Made by a program: the position numbers and the translations under genes
NCBI RefSeq assembly: GCF_009914755.1
Contig: NC_060926.1
Length of the DNA: 64,000 nucleotides
Source of the DNA: the human T2T-CHM13v2.0 reference genome, Homo sapiens
Strand: one strand, 5' to 3'
Notes under the pieces: generated by a model
Database searches by the model: none
The model's input: only the letters and a program-made list of their open reading frames with translations
Told to the model about the DNA's origin: nothing
Shown: positions 58,963 to 64,000 of the stretch, piece after piece
Layout: each line of letters begins with the position of its first letter
Numbering within the stretch: the stretch's first letter is position 1

Positions 58963-60959
58963 CCCTTGTCCTTCATAGAACCACTTTGATATGTTAGTCT
59001 ACTTCAGGACAGGTGCCTCTTCTCTCTCTAGATAGAAGGAGAAACATCATCTCCCCACCTCTGAGCACCCTAAGAACAAATACATGGCCAGTGGTTCCAA
59101 TCCATGTTACAGCTGTCCAACAATTGGAAGTATTTATTATTTACATAACAGTATTTCTAGTATATAAAATTCAGTTGATATATGCTTGATACAATTTACT
59201 CAGATTTTTGAAGATTCCAAAGACATTTTACAATGTACACTGAAAATGATTGTTCCCAAACTGCATTTCCTGCTTTTCGAAATCATTTCTCTCATACCAT
59301 CCCTCCAGCAGCGGTCAGAGAATTGAGTAGCACTTTTTTTTGGCAGAATAATTCTATATCCAGGTCAGTGAGAGTTTTCTTGTTCATACTTTGATGTTTT
59401 GTAAATACAAAACAAAATTCTTATTCTGATCTCAGTCCTGTTAGGGGAGTGGTTAGCTCAGCATGAGTCCTAATGTATCAGAGATGAAGGGAAATTGGTT
59501 GGGAGACTACTCCTGGGACCAGGTGAGAAGCAGCTAGTGTCATTCCGAATGTGCTACAGAGGAAGAAATCCTTGTAGCCCTCTATGGTACTTACTTAGAA
59601 ACATCCTATTAAAATTTGCTACATAGTTAAAACTGACATTTTGACCCCTGTCTAAGAAAGTGGGGAAACCCTTGTCATGAATAATGCTATGTACAGCAGC
59701 AGATTAGGACTTCTACCTTTTATCTCGCTTTCGACTCTAAGGTAGCATTCCATTCTCTGTCACTTTGGTTAAAATGTTACTTTGGAAGGCAGAGGTCATT
59801 TGGAGATTGTCTCGTGGTATGTAAATAAAACTAATATAAAAAGTCTGTTTTAAAGTTATACGACCTCTCCTGTTCTTCCTCATCTCCTTTATAAGGTTTA
59901 TAACTTGCAGACTTTTAGCATCAGTAAGATTATAATATGTAAGATATATATAAACAACGAAAGGAAGAAAATGGGAAAGCAGTCCCATATTCTTAATGTT
60001 CTTACTATATACATGTATGGACTAATTCGGACAAAGTCTCCAATTATTTTAAAATATACTGATCCACTTTTAAAAATCCATTTGCGTACATCCCATATCT
60101 AAAAGTTGTGTAGGGTATAGGAACAACAACAACTATATAAATCTATATCTATATCTATATATATGTGCAAGCTTGCAGGATATCGCAAAAATGAATTGAG
60201 TGGATCTTTGATGGTTAAGGTTGAGTCTGTTCAAAGCCTATTGACTTTTAAACCAGGAGTCTCAGACTCAGATCATTTCAGGAGTTAGACAAGTAACTGG
60301 TGAAATATGCATCTGTTGCATTTTAGACAGTGAGAATTTCCTTCATTTCTACACAGATGTCATATTGATTATTCTTGAAATATGAGATCTTCTTGATCTG
60401 TCTTCTGTTTCTTATTTATAGGAGTATGTGCAGAGAAATACACACTATTTGGTGTGAGATGTGAGATACTAAATGTTGTAGACACTGGGATGTCCCAGCT
60501 CAGCAGCAGCTGGTTGTTGCCTCGATGTAGAATGCAGGCCACCAGTGGCCCGACTTTTGCTTTTACCAGATGAGATGGCAGCCTGGTTCTTTTGCAGTTT
60601 GGCCTGATTTTTAAGCAACAGGAACAACAACAAACCATATAGCCCAAGGAGTATAGACCTGTAGGTGGACTGCATCAGCCTGCGGGTGCCCAGTTTGTGA
60701 TCTCTGGTGAAACGTTAGATAGGAGACTGTCTTTTCTTCCCAGTTATGTTTAGTTTAGAACAAAAATTGGATGGGAAATTCTCAAAATTTACAAATACAT
60801 TTCTTTGATCTTCTTAGCTTTTCATAGATTGGTTTGCTTTGTCAACAAAAATTTACAACTTCCAATTTTCTTTGCAATTGTCTGTGCATGTATATATCTG
60901 TATTTTGTTAATATGTATTTATAAAGTTAAGTGTGTATTCCTCTTATTGATATTTTAAA

Positions 60960-62350
60960 TATTTTAAATTTATTTTAAACTCACTGAAGTAAGACATGTA
61001 AAACTGCATGTATTACAAGGTTTTTAACAAATATCAGCAATGCCATGCCCCACCCACCCCTCCCTACTCTTTGGAAGCAACCACTTTCAACTTGTGTTTC
61101 TTCTCATTTATCAGCAATATGCTTGAGTGAATATTTCTTGATTTTTAATATTAAGACCTTTTCAGGTGATCTATGATAAATAATAGTTTAGTTCTTTTTT
61201 ATTTTTTCTTCCCAGTTCCCATCCCTCATTCTCTCTTCCTATGCATCCTGCTTCATTAATTAAAAATGTTGGTGAGATCAGTATTCAGTTTTTGTATTAG
61301 TATGATGATAAAATATTGTTGAAAGCTGAGTCACACAGGATACTTGTACATGTATTTTTTTTCTCTTTCCCTGGTTTTATAATGGTTTCATTTTGTTTGT
61401 TTAGTGATATTTCTTTAAATATATTTCAGACATGTCTGGTCAATTTCTGGGAAAGGATTCTCAGGAGATATATTTTTTTTGACATTTATGTCTGAAAATG
61501 TCTATTCTTTACTCATGCTTTATTACAAAGGTTTGAAATTCTAGGTTGAAGTCATTCTCTTTCAGAATTTTGAAGGCAGTATGCTATTATTTTCAGTTTT
61601 CAGTATTATTGTTGAGAAGGCCACCTTTTACCTGCCTTGTACCTCCAAGCCTCTGCATTTTCCGCCTCCAGTTCTTTGAAATTTCATGATGTCTGTGGGT
61701 TTTTAAACCATTTATTGTCCTGTGCACTTTGAGCATTTATTAGAGCCTTTCAATCTGTAGATTTTCAGTTTTGGGAAACATTATTTCTTTATCCTTCGCC
61801 TATTCTCAAGACACACAGTTTTTCAGTTGTTCTCTTTCTGGTTCTGTTATTGCGTTTTGGACCTTCTGGAGCACTCTTCTAATTTTCTTTTTTTTGGCCA
61901 CCTATTTTCCCTTTCTTTGTCTTTTTGTTGTATTCTCTGTAACATTTTCTAAGGTTTATCTTAACTTTCTATTGACTTTAAATTTTGCCATCAAAAGTTT
62001 TATTTTTAAGAGCTCTTTGTTGCTTTATGAACTTTGTTTTATTCCTTTTAAGCATAGCTATTGTATGGGTGCAATATTTGTTCATTTCTCTGAGGGTATA
62101 AAAGTCTTTTTGAAGTTTTCTTCTGCTGTTTGCCTTATTGATCTTTCCTTAGGGTTATTTATTTTTTCTTTTTATTTATGTTAGTCTCCTCTGGCTTTTA
62201 TGGTACAGGATTCCCACAAATGCTGGGTGAACCTTACATTGTTCATATTTGAGTGAGTCTCTAGTCTGTCCTTCGTGATTGGTGGTGGTTTTCCCTGTGA
62301 GGTAATTCTGTGTCTTGTTGGGCCCCTTAAATGTCTAGATTTATAGGTTT
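60960..62350 (-). mobile_element. Highly diverged L1ME-like remnant
   Basis: T-rich; atgtctgaaaatgtctattc...aaattctaggttgaagtcattctctttcagaattttgaaggc. Confidence 0.6.
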
Positions 62351-62452
62351 GGATTTTTTTTTTAACTGATTCGTGTCTCTATAGAGCAGCAGTTCCTTAA
62401 CCATTAGTCTCATGACCTTTTTACACACTTAAAAATTGAGGACTTTATAGAC

Positions 62453-62744
62453 TAGTACTGTCCAATAGAAATATAATGCAAATCAAAAATACAAGCTACA
62501 TATGCAATTTAAAAGTTTCTAGTAGCTACAGTAAGTTTAAAAACGTAAAGCTGATATTTCCCAATAAATCCAAAATATTTTTAACATGTAACTAATATAA
62601 AAATCGAGCAATATTACATTTTTTTATACTGTCTTTAAAATCCAATATATATTTTATACTTAGAGTATATCTCAATTCAGACTAATCATATTTCAAGGGT
62701 TCAGGGGCCACATGTGACTAGTCACCACCATGTGGACAGCCCAG
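62453..62744. mobile_element. MER33 (hAT-Charlie MITE) nested in Charlie1
   Basis: ctgtccaatagaaatataatgc...gccacatgtgactagtcaccaccatgtggacagc; degenerate 8-bp flanks ttatagac/ctatggag. Confidence 0.85.
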
Positions 62745-62872
62745 CTATGGAGCTTCTGTTTATGTGAGTTATATCTACTAATATTTACTGTATTGGAAAC
62801 TAAAACTGAGATATTACAAAAATAGTCACTTCATTTTAAAATAATGCCAAAACTCACTTCATGTTAACACAG

Positions 62873-63269
62873 TGATATGGTCTAGGTCTGTGTCCCCACC
62901 CAAATTTTATGTTGAATTGTAATCCCCATTGTTGGAGGTGGGGCCTGTTGGGGGATATTTAAATCATGGGGGCAGTTTCTCATGAGTGGTTTAGTACCAT
63001 CCTCTTGGTGCTGTCCTGGTGATAGTTCTCACAAGATCTGGTTGTTTAAAAGTGTGTGGTACCTCCTCATTCTCTCTCTCTTGCTCCTGCTCCTCCTCCC
63101 GCTTCACCTTCTGCCATGATTGGAAGCTTCCTGAGGTTTTCCCAGAAGCAGATGCTTGTGTTATGCTTCCTCTATATCCTGCAGAACCATGAGCCAATTA
63201 AAACTCTTTCTTTATAAATTATGCAATCTCAGGTATTTCTTTATAGCAATGCAAGAACGGCCTAATACA
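62873..63269 (+). mobile_element. MSTA MaLR solo LTR nested in Charlie1
   Basis: TGATATGGTCTAGGTCTGTGTCCCCACCCAAA...gttggaggtggggcctg...GAACGGCCTAATACA. Confidence 0.9.
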
Positions 63270-64000
63270 CGCAAATTACTCACTTTTATGTGAGGTAAAT
63301 GTTTTTCCAAGACAGAATTTATTAAGAGTGGTGTTTTACATTTTTGCAGATCTTAATGTTTGTCTTAATGTAGAAGATAGTTAGATCTTCATATCTGCTT
63401 TAGCGTTCAATCTTTTTTTAATATGTTATTTTTCTTTTAAGTATAGAAAGAAATTCTGGCCCTCACAAACAGGTAGTTGGAAAAGGGATGAATATTTTCA
63501 TAGTCTTTTCAGATAATTCTGGATGTTCTCCTTTGATACTACACCAAAACTCAGCAATTGGTGGTTTCTTAAAGGTTAGTTGCAATGCGGAATCTAAAAT
63601 CATATCAATGCTTTTCCTATTCTGTCACATTAAAATCCATTTGTCTGTCTTGTCCTTTGAATGCCTCTTTTATACATGAATGAGTTTGTAACTTGTTATA
63701 ACACACATTGGTCATTTGAAAAACATTGGTTGACTGACTTATGCTAATCTTCCAAACGCTGACACATCTCATTGTACAGTATTAAAATATCATATTTGCT
63801 TATCACCATCAGTCTCATCAGAAAAATCAGAAAAATTGGGAAATTGTCAAGCTCAGTGTGGTGTATAGTTTATCCAAACCCCAACTTCTGCTTGAAAGTT
63901 TGAATTTTACGTTGGCAATGAGCACTGTCAGTTGTTATCCTTGAAGCGACAGGCTTACTGTGTTTACTTTTTAGACAGCGTCTGCCAAATACCCAAATCT

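Larger units (their letters stand above)
62388..64000 (-). mobile_element. Charlie1-family hAT transposon fossil running off the window, with two nested insertions
   Basis: cagttccttaaccattagtctcatgacctttttacacacttaaaaattgaggac...gtttcttaaaggttagttgcaatgcggaatc...ttgtcaagctca. Confidence 0.8.

Noticed and set aside
60530-60675. CTCF-like motifs (ggccaccagtggcc, cctgtaggtggac)
   Set aside because: Each lacks core positions of CCASYAGRKGGC

Overview
Primate (human or great-ape type) nuclear DNA, CpG-poor and dominated by interspersed repeats: Alu J/S/Y, L1 of several ages, L2, MIR, MaLR/ERVL/ERV1 solo LTRs and hAT-Charlie DNA transposon fossils. I see no host protein-coding exon, CpG island, tRNA, rRNA or CRISPR array. 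The ORF-track proteins come from L1 ORF2 remnants, Alus, simple repeats or chance ORFs. The + strand looks T/G-rich (judged by eye), most old LTR and L1 fossils are antisense, and several good + strand splice sites occur, so the window is probably part of a long intron transcribed on +; I cannot name the gene. I did not find a new biological system. The most notable items are a 16 x 23-bp VNTR starting inside a strong splice donor, two twin-primed L1 insertions (one very young), a ~32-bp Alu micro-insertion with its TSD, a perfect 24-bp palindrome, a 14-bp hairpin whose arm recurs 1.6 kb away, a well-defined non-coding exon candidate and recursive-splice-like sites. Repeat family names are recalled from consensus sequences rather than from a database search, and boundaries of old repeats are approximate.
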